The notes: generated by a model not told the origin, from the sequence alone. A stretch of 63,315 nt of DNA, filler included, from Octopus bimaculoides (GCF_001194135.2; 9 parts of 9 records of this genome joined end to end with filler, not necessarily neighbours in it), one strand, 5' to 3'; positions 12,309-24,939 are shown, counted from the whole stretch's first letter. Made by a program: numbers and translations.

Positions 12309-12725
12309 TACCCTTCTCCCCCAGGCCGGTCTACTTCTGGGCACCCATATTGCCTTGATCTCGAAGTCGCTAACTACTAATCTGTGTTGGGGTGTACATT
12401 CTTCGCTAGGGAGGGTTTTGGCATTTATAAGCCTCCCTCTTTCTCTAGTTCTGGCGAGGATGTAGTCAATTTGGTTAGAGTGTCTGCCGGATTGGTAGGT
12501 GACTAGGTGACAGGCAGGTTTCCTGAAGTTGGTATTGCAAACCATAAGATCGGTTGCATCACAGAACTCCAGCAGTCTGGTTCCCTCCTCGTTGCGGGAA
12601 CTGAAGCCATAGCCTCCATGTATGCCATGGAAGCCTCCAGCACGACGTCCAACATGACCATTGAAGTCACCAGCCACAAAGAGAAGGTCTCTGTATCTTG
12701 TCGACAAGGTAGTTTGCAAGAGGGC
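12309..12725 (-). mobile_element. RTE-clade LINE fragment, AP-endonuclease region
   Basis: LFVAGDFNGHVG...RNEEGTRLLEFCDATDLMVCNTNFRK...NQIDYILAR: canonical non-LTR endonuclease motifs. Confidence 0.9.
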
Positions 12726-12730
12726 TAATG

Positions 12731-13308
12731 GAGCTTCGTCGTGGGTTCTATTAGCATAGAGATTCCAGTACGAAATGGTGGTGGAGTTGGAAAGCGAGCT
12801 GGTTATATGTTTGGGATTCGCGCGCGAGTCGAAGAGGAAATGGTGGAAGAAGTGGTGATTCAGAGAGTGAGAGAGAGAGAGATAGAATACAATAGGGAGG
12901 GAGAGGGAGAACCGGCAGCAGTACATCATGCTGGTCAAATTCGTTAGGTTTTTAGGAAAAAGTTGAAAGAAACACAACCTGAGATTAAATGTTTAGATCG
13001 GTAACAGAAATGAGAGTAAAAAATCGTAATTTTTAAAGGGAGTTAGAGACAAATTTCAGTCAGGTTTGGGCTAAGGAGCAAAAACTTCAGCAAGTAGATG
13101 CAAAGACGATAGATCATGTGAGATAGAGAAAAAATACATAAATAATCATGAATTCAAGACATAAATGTATAGCTAGAGAGAACGAAGTGGGGTGATGGAT
13201 GGGGAGCGCATCAGAAGGGATAATATATGAAAAATAGGAATGACTTAGCTATTGTTCATGTCTTGGTGAGCTTCGTCGTGGGTTCTATTAGCATAGAGAT
13301 TCCAGAAC

Positions 13309-13313
<5 letters not shown>
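12731..13313 (-). mobile_element. Purine-rich segment bounded by 46-bp direct repeats; Penelope-like pseudo-LTR relic suspected
   Basis: 12731-12776 and 13268-13313 match 45/46; minus strand contains CATATAACC...CCACGACGAAGCTC. Confidence 0.35.
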
Positions 13314-13361
<48 letters not shown>

Positions 13362-13450
13362 TAAAGCTTTCATAAAATTTGTGGTTTTTTTGTCTGTGTT
13401 AGAAAATGTTATTTTATCTGAGAAGAGGAGTGGTACCTTGTTACCAATAA

Positions 13451-13544
13451 CTATTGGGAAGATTTTATGGAGTTGATCAACCTACTCAAAAGAGTAGCCA
13501 AATTTCTTTCATTAAATTTTATTCTATTTGGTGATGTCAAAAAT
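13451..13544 (-). CDS. Candidate terminal exon: xFLTSPNRIKFNERNLATLLSRLINSIKSSQ*
   Basis: Very strong acceptor ctctctcttttctcttgtcttccttcag|A; only the phase-2 frame is open (30 codons to TAG). Confidence 0.35.
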
Positions 13545-13989
13545 CTGAAGGAAGACAAGAGAAAAGAGAGAGCCACAGTGTATAAGAAGTGTATAAGATT
13601 GAAAAGAGATTTTTTTAAAGTTGGGGTCTGGACACACTGTTTTATATGCATTAAATATACAATGTATCTAATTTTTGTCTGAATATATGATCAAGGCTTT
13701 CACACAGCATTGACTCCTCTCCCTATTTATATATGGCAAGGAAAATTCATTACGAATGGGTAGTCACAGTTATTCTCCTATGGAGTTCTCTGACATGCTC
13801 TATAGAGAAGCTTTATATCTTTCATCAAACTTTCATTGATCAACAACATGTTATTTCCTTATTTTACCAACAAATGTAACATAAATGTATGTATGATATA
13901 CAATATATAACAGCAGATAAAATATTAGGACAGAAGAGGTGCAAACATAGAAATCACAAAGACAACGATTGAAGGAAACAATACTCTTT

Positions 13990-14392
13990 TAACTCTTTTA
14001 CTCTTTTACTTGTTTCAATCATTTGACTGTGGCCATGCTGGAGCACCGCCTTTAGTCGAGCAAGTCGACCCCAGAGCTTATTCTTTGTAAGTCTAGTACT
14101 TATTCTATCGGTCTCTCTTGCTGAACCGCTAATTTACAGAGACGTAAACACACCACCATCGGTTGTCAAGCGATGTTGGGGGACAAACACACAAACATAT
14201 ACACACACATACATATATACATATATACGACGGGTTTCTTTCAGTTTCCGTCTACCAAATCCACTCACAAGGCTTTGGTCGGCCTGAGGCTATAGTAGAA
14301 GACACTTGCCCAAGGTGCCACGCAGTGGGACTGAACCCGGAACCATGTGGTTTGTAAGCAAGCTACTTACCATACATCCACTCCTGCACCTA
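13990..14392 (-). mobile_element. Near full-length CORE-type SINE (family C)
   Basis: Reverse complement of GGAGTGGATGTATGGTAAG...GGTTCAGTCCCACTGCGTGGCACCTTGGGCAAGTGTCTTCTACTATAGCC; same family at 52910-53290 and 61575-61873. Confidence 0.9.
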
Positions 14393-16959
14393 TAAACATA
14401 AATATGTAATCTTTAAACATATAAATGTAATCTTTAAAATATATTTTAAAATATACATATGTAAATAAAATAGGGGCCAAAGTTCCTCCAAATCAAAGTA
14501 AAAGCATGTGTTTGCAATTACTCAGACAAGATCTTACTATTCCAAAACCTTGATTACCTTCTGGGGACAACATACTGCCAATTCTGCTAACAGTAGCCCA
14601 ATCCAATAATGATTTCTAACATAAGCAAAAGGCCAAAAATTTGGCAGGTAGGTAACAGTAAATTTCTAGTACTTAGTTTATGAACCTCAAAAGGATGGAA
14701 GCCCATTTCACTTTCCAAGAGTATATTTTAACAAACTCACTGGCTACTCATGACACCAGCACCTGTTCTGGCATTATTCTATATATATATCACTGGTGAG
14801 GACAGATCACAGCTACCTCTAGCAGTTGAGCATTCATCATTGACAAGACCAAGGAAGATTGAAATCATGTGATCTGGTAATCTTGGCACTGGAAGTGGCA
14901 GAGATTTGTCTCTCCACTAGCAATATAAAAAATGGCACTCCATTGGTTGTGATGATGAGGGTTCCAGTTGATCCAATCAACAGAAACACCTGCTCATGAA
15001 ATTAACATGAAAGTGGCTGAGTAGTCTACAGACACACGTACCCTTCATATAGTTCTAACAAAATCTTTAACTGTAACCGCTATAGGAAAGCTCTACTTAA
15101 ACTACCCATTTTTTCAGCTACATTCATATTCCATCTTTTGGTCTGGATATTTCCAGTTAGACTTTATTACAACCTACGTACTGTAAACAAATTGTGCCCC
15201 AGGGCTAAATTATGTTCTTCACACTCTTTCTTTTAAATATCCCTTGGTTAGTGTCTATGATTATAAGTAACAACAATCTTGCTGTAACTATTAACCATAC
15301 ACCCCCCTGCAGATATCTTCCATCAGACATTCATTACATCAATGAATAAAGATATAAATAACCTGAGGTGAGACATGTCTTATCCAACACTACCAATACA
15401 TTGTTACAACTCAGATCAAGATAGGACAGCCATAGCAATACAAATACTCTTTTGTGTAGTTTTTAGATGGTGAAGTATTCTGAAATTTTAGTTGTATGAA
15501 TAACAAGTGATTAAAACCTTCATGCTCATTTCAAATGATCAGGCCTTTTAGCTCTAACATTTTTTCATAGTTATCCCCGGTGAAGGTACATTGGCAAGTA
15601 TTTAAGGCATTGGGTTCACAGTGTGTCTTTGAGCAAGGTACCTTTGAGTATTGTGTCTTCATTTCATATTGCCCCAGTTTACTCAACTGAAAACGAATAC
15701 TAGCCTGGTGATGGTGCAAGCCTTTCTCCCTCAGACTGTCACATCCTTGATGTTTCCATGGGTCAAAGGGGCAGTGGGTAGAGAGATTATCTATGTATGC
15801 TTGCAACTATATAGGCACATAAAACACTTAACAACAGTATAGTACATTTACCCTAAACTGCATCCCAACAGATATTTTGGCTCTGACCTTTATGCTGATC
15901 CTTTACTACACCATAAGAATACTCTGCAGTAGGTTACTTCTTACATATCTAAGATAGTGCAGCAACAATGCACATAAACATAAAGCATATCCAATTGATA
16001 GAGAAGCCTTCATTTACCAACATGTTTCTTACCAACATGTCACTTACCAATATGTTACACCCATTAACTCAACAATACAGTTTAACCACTGTTCCTTCAT
16101 TAGCACAAAACCAAAAATAAGAGGCTTGCTTTATGGTTTTAATCTATGACTTAACTACACTGTGCTAGGAAGCTGTATGTGACACATATATCTGAGATAG
16201 ATATTAAAGTGTTTGTGAAGCAAAGAATTTCATCAATTCTACAATTGTTAACTTGTTCATCTAGAACTTCTGAAAAAGTGGGATAATATCTCACATTTTT
16301 ACTATTCAGCTGTTTGTGTTTAGAATTCATTTCTGAGTATTGTTTCTTCCCTCTGATTCTACAACAATCTCCATTTCTTCTAGCCTTTGATATTTGAGAC
16401 ATTAGGAGGTACTGGGCCACTAAGAGCAAAGTTCTTGTCATTGTTGACCACTCACTTTACTGAGGTGCCAGGTGGTGCCTGTGAGGGTGCTTGGCTGTTC
16501 CAGTGCCTCAGCCTTGCCATCATCAATGATAAGTGCATTGGTTTGCTTCAGTAGGTTCTGTTGAAACTTGTGGTGTGCAACCAATTGAAGCACTTGGTGT
16601 TGAATTGATGTTTCTTTTCTTTTTTCCCCTTTTTCCTCTTTTTTCTTTTTTCTTCTTTCTTTGCTCATGTTTATGTTTGGTTTGGGATTTGTATTTCAAT
16701 ATGGTTTTGTATTATATATCATATACATATGTGTATATGTGCTATATATGTAATAGAATTAATATTAATTAAAAAATTAGTTTCCATACTGTTTGGTGCT
16801 TCCAGTCAGTTATTCATTATTATCAAGCTATCAATACCTTCTGTAATGGACAGTTTCTGTAAGATGTCAATATCTAAATAAAAATATAACTTCAGTTATA
16901 ACAATGTTGGTAAAATTTCAATCAACTCCTCAGTACAGGAGCAGTGTGTTTACCCTCTT

Positions 16960-17270
16960 CCCTATGTCCCATCCAGAAGATGCCAAAACTTTCAAATAAT
17001 GCTTAGTTCACCAACTTCATGAAAAGGTAACAGTTCGCCTGACACAGCAAACATGATGATTCTCAATCCCACAGATGCAGATCATCCATTGAAAATTCTT
17101 TAGAAAGAATGCAGGGTACACATCTTCCACTCTGTGATGCAAGGAAGGAACAGAGACTGTATAGTGTGCAATAGCTCAACTAAGAGAGTACAGACATTCC
17201 TTTATTGAAATGGTTGCACAAACAAAACACACCTTCGCCCAAAACAATGCTTTATAAATATCATAATGAT
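16960..17270 (+). pseudogene. Decayed piggyBac transposase C-terminus (cysteine-rich domain)
   Basis: With frameshifts and stops: KTFK*CLVHQL...ERMQGTHLP / RDCIVCNSSTKRVQTFLY*NGCTNKTHL / PKQCF..YH, the CxxC...CxxC...LC...CF..YH pattern. Confidence 0.7.
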
Positions 17271-17928
17271 GTGGATATGTAAGGTTTTTGACACTAATCA
17301 TGTTGATGTACATAGACACAGTGGAATATATTTTAAGGATTTTTAAAAAATTTCATTATTTATATAAAACTTCGTGTAGATTCATGAAATGGGTCATTTT
17401 ACAGTGAAAAGCATCAAAATTTACAATTAGAAAGGATATGCAATTTGGATTTATTAGGAAAAAATTTTCACTACACCATAGAAGTGCAATACCACTAACA
17501 AATACAATATTTATATATATTTTCTGAAATTACATTTAATTATTTATAATTTAATATATAATAATATTCTAAGTCTCCTTCATAATTAGCCACATAAACA
17601 AAGAGATTTCAAAGCCTCCATGCACTTATAAATTTTAGTGAAGGAGAAAATCCCGGAGATAAAAAAAACAAAACAAACCCACCAGCAAACAAGCTCTGAT
17701 ACTCTTATCAAATCATTAAAATATCAATGTGAAAATGTTTAAAAATGGAGAAAAAGATGTTATGATAACATTATCACTAAGATCCTATTAAATCTTGATA
17801 AAAATGTAATATTAGTGAAAGTAAAAAACAACAACAGTATATGATTAAAATATAAACAGGTGTAGCTTCTCAGAAGATTGAACCTCTATCAATGTGTGTG
17901 TGTGTGTGCGTGTGAGTGCGTGTGTGTA

Positions 17929-17972
<44 letters not shown>

Positions 17973-18951
17973 AAACTTCTGTTTAGTCTAAACTGTTAAT
18001 TTGAACAGAATTTAGGTAAGAAAATAATCATTACACTTCTTATTGCTTTCATTTTTATGGGTTTCTACATGTAGAAACTCATTTACACACATCCATATAC
18101 ATCCATACATAAAGATTTCTCAAAATGGAATATGTTAAAAAGATCAGATATTTTAGACATGGCTCTTGATCTGAAGGATCTTATTTGAACTATTAGCTCT
18201 CTTCTCTTCCTCATAACAAACTAAATTCTTCTTCTTTGTGAACATTTTGAACTTACTATGTACTATATGTAGAATATGTGTGTGTGTGTATCTGTGTGTG
18301 CATGCATGTGTATGTGGGTGTGTGTGCATGTGTGTGTGTGAATGTGTATGTATGTGTGTGCATATATATATGTTCGTATGTGTGTATGTATGTGTATATG
18401 AATGAGTTATATGCATACATATACATACATACATATATACATATATACATATGTATATATATATATATACATACATATATATATACATACACATAAATAT
18501 ATACATATGTATATATGTGTATATATATATGTATATATATACATATATATACATATATNNNNNNNNNNNNNNNNNNNNNNNNNNNNNNNNNNNNNNNNNN
18601 NNNNNNNNNNNNNNNNNNNNNNNNNNNNNNNNNNNNNNNNNNNNNNNNNNNNNNNNNNNNNNNNNNNNNNNNNNNNNNNNNNNNNNNNNNNNNNNNNNNN
18701 NNNTATATATATATATATATATGAATATAAATATATATATATAAATATATACATATACATAAACTGTACATATACACTAAGTGTAAACTGTAAATACACT
18801 AACTGTAAACAACATGAAGTACGAAAACGAGTGAGTTAAATGTGCAAACAATGAGAGAAAAAAACTGGAAAACAGGAGAAGTAACACAAAAAATGGCACT
18901 TCATCAGTTGTTGGTTGTCTATCTATGCCTCACATATTTATATATATGTAC

Positions 18952-19338
18952 ATATGAAATTAAATAAAAGATAAAGGTATAGGAAATTATGTAATCAACT
19001 TCATTAGCTTAGAGCTGTTTCTGCTGTAGGATGCAGTGTACTCAGATCTCAGTGCTTGTGCTTCACCTTATAGCTTCCTTGGAGCTTCTAAAATGAAGTA
19101 CAATTCTATTTGTGAAGGCATTTTTTTTCATACTCCATTTCTTATGTATTTTTATATTTTTGAAGGTGATCTGTTCTATATATGTAAATGCTTTCCCAAA
19201 TAAACTTCCAAGGAAGCTATAAGCTTTTGCACAAGCACCCAGCTCTGAGTGCACTGCATCTTATAGCAGAAGCAGTTCTTGGTTAATGAATTTCATAACA
19301 TAATTTCCTGTTCCCTTGTCATTTATTTAATTTCATAT
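18952..19338. repeat. Fold-back: 132-nt inverted arms (18952-19083, 19207-19338), about 80% identical, 123-nt spacer
   Basis: ATATGAAATTAAATAAA...GATGCAGTGTACTCAGA...TTATAGCTTCCTTGGA is mirrored by TCCAAGGAAGCTATAA...TCTGAGTGCACTGCATC...TTTATTTAATTTCATAT. Confidence 0.9.
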
Positions 19339-19414
19339 CACACACTATATCTGACTCTTTATTCTGAAGCGTATGTACATTGAGTACTAGAAATAGATTA
19401 TTAATATCACTATG

Positions 19415-19883
19415 CCTGAAGGTGGCAAGGTGGCAGAATCATTAGCACGCTGGGCGAAATGCTTAGTGGTATTTTGTCTGCCACTATACTCTGAGTTCAA
19501 ATTCTGCCAAGGTCGGCATTGCCCTTCATACTTTTGGGGTTGATAAATTAAGTACCAGTTGTGTACTGGGGTCAATCTAAATGACTGTCCCCCTCGCCAA
19601 ATATTTTGTGCCTTGTGCCTAGAGTAGAAAAGAATATCACTATACCAGAGCAAAATATTAAAATACATACATGCATGCATACATACATACACGCATACAT
19701 ACATACATATATATTGGTTTCAAATTTTGGCACAAGTCCAGTAATTTCCAGGGAGGGTGTAAGTCGATTACATTGACACCAGTACTCAACTGGTACTTAT
19801 TTTATCGACTCTAAACCGGACGAAATATAAAATCAACCTCAGTGGAATTTAAACTCTGAACATTAAGACAAAGGAAATGCTGC

Positions 19884-19890
<7 letters not shown>
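19415..19890. mobile_element. Two CpG-decayed SINE family A copies (plus 19421-19632; minus about 19715-19885)
   Basis: GGTGGCAAGGTGGCAGAATCATTAGC...GAGTTCAAATTCTGCCAAGG, a CpG-to-TpG version of the 11405 copy. Confidence 0.8.
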
Positions 19891-19915
<25 letters not shown>

Positions 19916-20402
19916 NNNNNNNNNNNNNNNNNNNNNNNNNNNNNNNNNNNNNNNNNNNNNNNNNNNNNNNNNNNNNNNNNNNNNNNNNNNNNNNNNNNNN
20001 NNNNNNNNNNNNNNNNNNNNNNNNNNNNNNNNNNNNNNNNNNNNNNNNNNNNNNNNNNNNNNNNNNNNNNNNNNNNNNNNNNNNNNNNNNNNNNNNNNNN
20101 NNNNNNNNNNNNNNNNNNNNNNNNNNNNNNNNNNNNNNNNNNNNNNNNNNNNNATATGTGTGTGTGTGTATGTATGCATGTATACATGCACACACACACG
20201 CACACACACACACACACACATATACATATATTAATGTTTGTTTTTATGTTATAATAAAAACAATTTTACATTAATCTGATGGGTTACTTTATATTTTTAT
20301 AGAGTACAAATTTATTATTCTTAAACAAGAATCTTATTGACAGTGACTTTGAAGTTTTGGCTAGCTAAGAAGAGGAGTTGGACAAGGATGTGTTATGTTA
20401 TC

Positions 20403-22145
20403 AGTCAGTTTTTTAATTCCATATTCCTCTAATGCTTTTATCAACTCAATGACAATTCTGTCTGGCCCAACAGCTTTGTTTTTTCTCATCATTTTGTTGG
20501 TAGGATCTTTGGACCCTCATTAGAGTCAGAAAAACTTGGTAAGGTTTGTCTCTTATCATGAAATAAATCTCCTATATACTCTGTCCATCTATTCAAAATA
20601 TCGATCTTCTCAACCAGCTTAGTACCATCCTTTGCTCTGATACACCTGGTGTTTAAGCATTCTGTCTTTCTGTCAGAGATCTCATTTATCTTCTGATGTA
20701 CTTTGTTTCCTATTGGAAATTACCTTTCAATTTCTTCACACTGTCCATTCAGCTAGGTCTCTTTAGCCTCCCTACGCTTCCATTTAATCAATCTATCCAA
20801 CTCCCTATACTCTTTGGATTTCCTGTTCTTGATCTTCAGTCCTTTATTCATCATTGAAAGGATCTCCTCAGTCATCCATTTCTTTTTCATTTTATTCATT
20901 TTCTTTGGACAGATTTCCTGGGCTGTTCTACTAATGTGTTCTCATTACTTCCTGGGTATTCTCCTTGCCATTATCAATCAATTAATTAAATTTGTTCTCT
21001 ACGTTGATGAAATACTCCAGCTCTACCTCTAGCTTATTCAGCCACTCAATATCCAGTTTCTCTGCAGTGCTTCTCTCTCTTCAACTTCTCTAATTTACAT
21101 TGGAGTGTGCACACCAATGGTACATGGTCGCTTCCACAGTCTACTCCTGGATATGCTTTTGCATATTTCAGTGATCTTTTAAATCTGCCATTGATGGAGA
21201 TATAATCAATCTGGTTTCTTGAGCTGTCACCAGGGTCCCTCCATGTATAAATTCTTCTAGGGTGCTCCTTAAACCATGTATTTGTAATAATCATATTCTT
21301 TACCACACACTACTATATCCATCTCTCAGCTCACTCATCTTTCTCACCAATTCTATACTGACCAACTGCTTGCCATTCTGTCCATGCCCCACTTTTGCAC
21401 TCAGATCTCCCTTGATGATATTACTTTCATCTGACTTGCTCTTCCAAGGTCTCATAGAAGGCATCAGAATTCTCTTCAGTGCTATCTGCTGTGGGTGCAT
21501 AAGCAACTATGGTGGAGATATTAAATGGATGTCTATGCTGATTGACCAGCAGGACTCTTTCACTTACTATCCAGTAGTCAAGGATACACTCTTATTTCCT
21601 TACTGCCCACAAGGGGCTACACACAGAGGGGACAAACAAGGACAGACAAACGAATTAAGTCGATTATATCGACCCCAGTGCGTAACTGGTACTTATTTAA
21701 TCGACCCCGAAAGGATGAAAGGCAAAGTTGACCTTGGCGGAGTTTGAACTCAGAACGTAGCGGCAGACGAAATACCGCTAAGCATTTCGCTCGGCATGCT
21801 AACGTTTCTGCCAGCTCGCCACCTTTTTCTTTTTTTTTTTTTTTTTCAGAGAATGTAATCAGCACTAAAATAGGATACACTCTGTGTATCCTATTTTACA
21901 GAGTGTATCAAGGATACACTCTGCCATATCAGGATCTAAAAGTAGTCTTACTAATTTTTCATATTTGCTACCACATGTATACTTCATCTTGAAATCATTG
22001 ATGATGAAGTTACCATTATTCAGACACTTTGTTTTGTATATACCCAGGATGTTGATGTTTAGTCTTGTCATCTCTTGCTGAACATTTTCAAGCTTGCCAC
22101 TTTGATATAAAGTTGTCACATTCCAGGTTCCAACTCTGACAGTGC
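20403..22145 (-). mobile_element. Decayed RTE LINE ORF2 5' half (endonuclease to pre-RT linker), interrupted by a SINE
   Basis: TVRVGTWNVTTLYQSGKLENVQQEMTRLNINILGI; IITNTWFKEHPRRIYTWRDPG..RNQIDYI..GSDHVPL; ends at IKALEEYGIKKLT. Confidence 0.9.
21593..21822 (-). mobile_element. Young SINE family A copy inserted in the LINE, 15-bp duplication TCAAGGATACACTCT
   Basis: Duplication at 21578-21592 and 21908-21922; CpGs mostly intact. Confidence 0.9.
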
Positions 22146-22175
22146 TGCTGCTGCTGCTGTTGTTGTTGTTGTTAT

Positions 22176-22224
<49 letters not shown>

Positions 22225-22262
22225 CTTCAAGTAATTTCTGGGGAATTTTTTTTTTCAGAAAA

Positions 22263-22329
22263 ATGTATACTCAGATTTTCTTCTTTGTCTGCTGCCTTTC
22301 CAGTCTGTTGTGTTCCATCAGTGCAGGAG
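22263..22329 (+). CDS. Secreted Cys-rich protein, coding exon 1 (signal peptide MYTQIFFFVCCLSSLLCSISAG)
   Basis: Acceptor ttttttttcag| then AAAAATG; hydrophobic core and small-residue cleavage site; donor GAG|GTATGT, phase 1. Confidence 0.85.
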
Positions 22330-22613
22330 GTATGTTACTTTACTAAGTATTTACCAGTTCATTTTAAAGATGGTATGATGTGATTAAAGAAAAAAAAAAA
22401 AATAACTGGCTGCTATTTCTAGCTGGTCAAACCTCATTTGATTATTGATATTGTTAATATTATAGTTGTTGCTGCTGTTATTCCTTTTATTGTTGTTACT
22501 GCGGAAGTTTGCTATCCTGTTGTTATTATTGCTATGGTTATTGTTGGCATATTTGTGGTGACTTCTGTTTCTGTTGCTATTATTGTTGTTACTTCTGTAT
22601 ATGCTGTTGCCAT

Positions 22614-22998
22614 TGTGGAGGCGCAATGGCCCAGTAGTTAGGGCAGTGGAATTGCAGTCGCAGGATCGTGGTTTCAATTCCCAGATCGGGTGTTGTGAGT
22701 GTTTATTGAGCGAAAACACCTAAAGCTCCACGAGGCTCCGGTCAGGGGATGGTGGCGAACCCTGTTGTACTCTTCCACCACAACTTTCTCTCACTCTTAC
22801 TTCCTGTTTCTGTTGTGCCTGTAATTCAAAGGGTCAGCCTTGTCACACTGTGTCACGCTGAATATCCCTGAGAACTACGTTAAGGGTACACGTGTCTGTG
22901 GAGTGCTCAGCCACTTGCACGTTAATTTCACGAACAGGCTGTTCCGTTGATCAGATCAACTGGAACCCTCGTTGTCGTAAGCGACGGAGTGCCAACAA
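22614..22998 (+). mobile_element. Full-length tRNA-derived SINE family B with (CAA)n tail
   Basis: GGAGGCGCAATGGCCCAGTAGTTAGGGC A-box, GGTTTCAATTCCC B-box; same family at 35505-35893, 55285-55548, 60570-60885 and fragments at 10215 and 14930. Confidence 0.9.
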
Positions 22999-24939
22999 CA
23001 AAGCTGTTGCCATTACTGCTGCTACTGCTGTTGTTGCTGCTGCTACTGCTGCTGCAGTCATTGTTACAATTACTATTCACTGTTGGTGTCTATAGCCCTG
23101 TGTCAGCCCTGATCGAGCAATCCTATAATCAAAGGCATTTCAATCATATCCATCCAGTCATTTTAGGGTATCTAAGACTACATTATCAGATGTGTCCTTT
23201 CCTTATTAAGACTAATAATGTGGAATGTCATTTCAGGGAGATTTAGTTGCTGCTTCTAGCAGGTTGACTGACTACATAGAGGTTCCCTTGTTGGCTCACT
23301 ACAATAACAGAAGATATTGTTGTTGCTGTTATTGTTGCACCCTTGGAATTATTAAAATTATGGTCGGTTATAACTATAGTTTAACTCAATTGTGTCAAGC
23401 TGACTGCAAGCCAGATCTGTCCCATGGCAATATTTAATCAAGGTGCTGGTTCAATTTTATAAAAAAAAAATTTGAAAGCCTTATAAAAAATTTTTTTAAA
23501 TATTCTGTAAAATATATATCATTGGCATGGGCTCAGAATTAGAGCCTGACAGGAATTGGGATTAACATCTGTTCTGATCAAATCAATGCACCTTAACAAA
23601 TCATTCGTTATCTCAATCACTGAAAAAGAAGCTTATGAATCCATATATCAAAAGGAGTGAACTATTTCCCCTTAACTCTATCAATACATAAGAGATTGGG
23701 GGGGGGGGAGATTGTGCACATGTTCATTCGAATGGAGTCTAGTGATATTACATGAATGCTATTGAAAGGCTTTGTAACTGAAACTGTTAAGCATTAGTCT
23801 TCTTAAGAACTGTAGAACTGTACATATCCATCTTTGAGCAATTTCTATCTGTTGGCACATTCACAGGACTTAATAGGACTATATAAACACTATGTGGTGT
23901 ATATACACATTTCTGCAGACAAACTGTTCTAATATTTCATTCCTTACTTCCTTGATAAAGTTGTTATAGTGTATATTGACCTATTTAACTGTTTAGTTTT
24001 GCCTACATTATGATAGGGTTTCTAGAAATAATTGTTCCTATCTGGTTCACGAAATCTAGTTTATGCTTCAATGTAGCCCACAAAGCCAAACAAGTTTGAT
24101 ACCACTGGTTTAACTACTGCACACAAAATATCATCATCATCATCATCATCATCATTATCATTTAGCATTCATTTTCCATGCCTGCATGAGTTACATGATT
24201 TGAACAGATCTGGTGATGTCATAATATTTGAGGTATGATCTTTCTAAAGTATTGAAGAGTATTGAAAAGGTGTTTTATTGATCCATGAAAAAGAACAATG
24301 TTTTATATCTTATTTTTAATTTGTTTCAGTGATTGGGCAGTGGCCATTCTTGGTACCACCTTGAAAGGTTTAGTCAAACGAACTGACCCCAGTCGTTTAA
24401 GTCTGGTACTTATTCTATTTGGTCTCTTTTACCAAAATGCTAAGTTACAGGGATGTAAACAAACCAGTATGGAGGAATGGAGGGATGGATGCATTGAGGG
24501 GTTACATCGTGCTCCCTGTCAGCTTTGGCATGGTTTCTATGGCTGGATGTCCTTCACAATGCCAGTGCATTTTTTCATGCTACCAACACTAGTACAGTTG
24601 CCAAGTAACTTTCAAGACAGAAAAGAAGTGAAGGTAAAAAGGGGAAAAGGGAAAACCCTCTCGACTAAGTGGCAGCAGTATTTGAAAGAGTAAGAAAGTG
24701 ATTTAATGTCAGGTTCAAGGAGAGCTCCCTTGCTATAGAGAAGATACATAGTTACTCTGCATGTATGTAAAAGTGGGTGTATCTGGGAAAGCTAAGATGG
24801 TAGTGATGTGGTACCAGAGCAAAAACCTTGAATAGTTCCTGAAAATACTAGAGGTGACAGAGATGTTAGAACAAATATAACTCAATGAAATAAACATAAT
24901 TGTTCAGTTTGTATTCCTTTAGTACATGTATCAATAATA

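Noticed and set aside
15313-15367. Plus-strand exon-like segment (ccccctgcag|...GAG|GTGAGA), also 17988-18016
   Set aside because: Good splice sites but no supporting partner or homology; could be 5' UTR exons of the Cys-rich gene, which sequence alone cannot show.
20330-20403. Plus-strand RT motif (RGVGQGCVM) abutting the minus-strand LINE
   Set aside because: The 3'-to-3' junction does not fit twin priming; treated as a minor rearranged LINE scrap.
22614-22690. tRNA-like sequences at SINE heads (also 9037, 11405, 61575) and an isolated T-arm at about 10365-10382
   Set aside because: A/B boxes continue into repeat bodies present in many copies; no complete cloverleaf.
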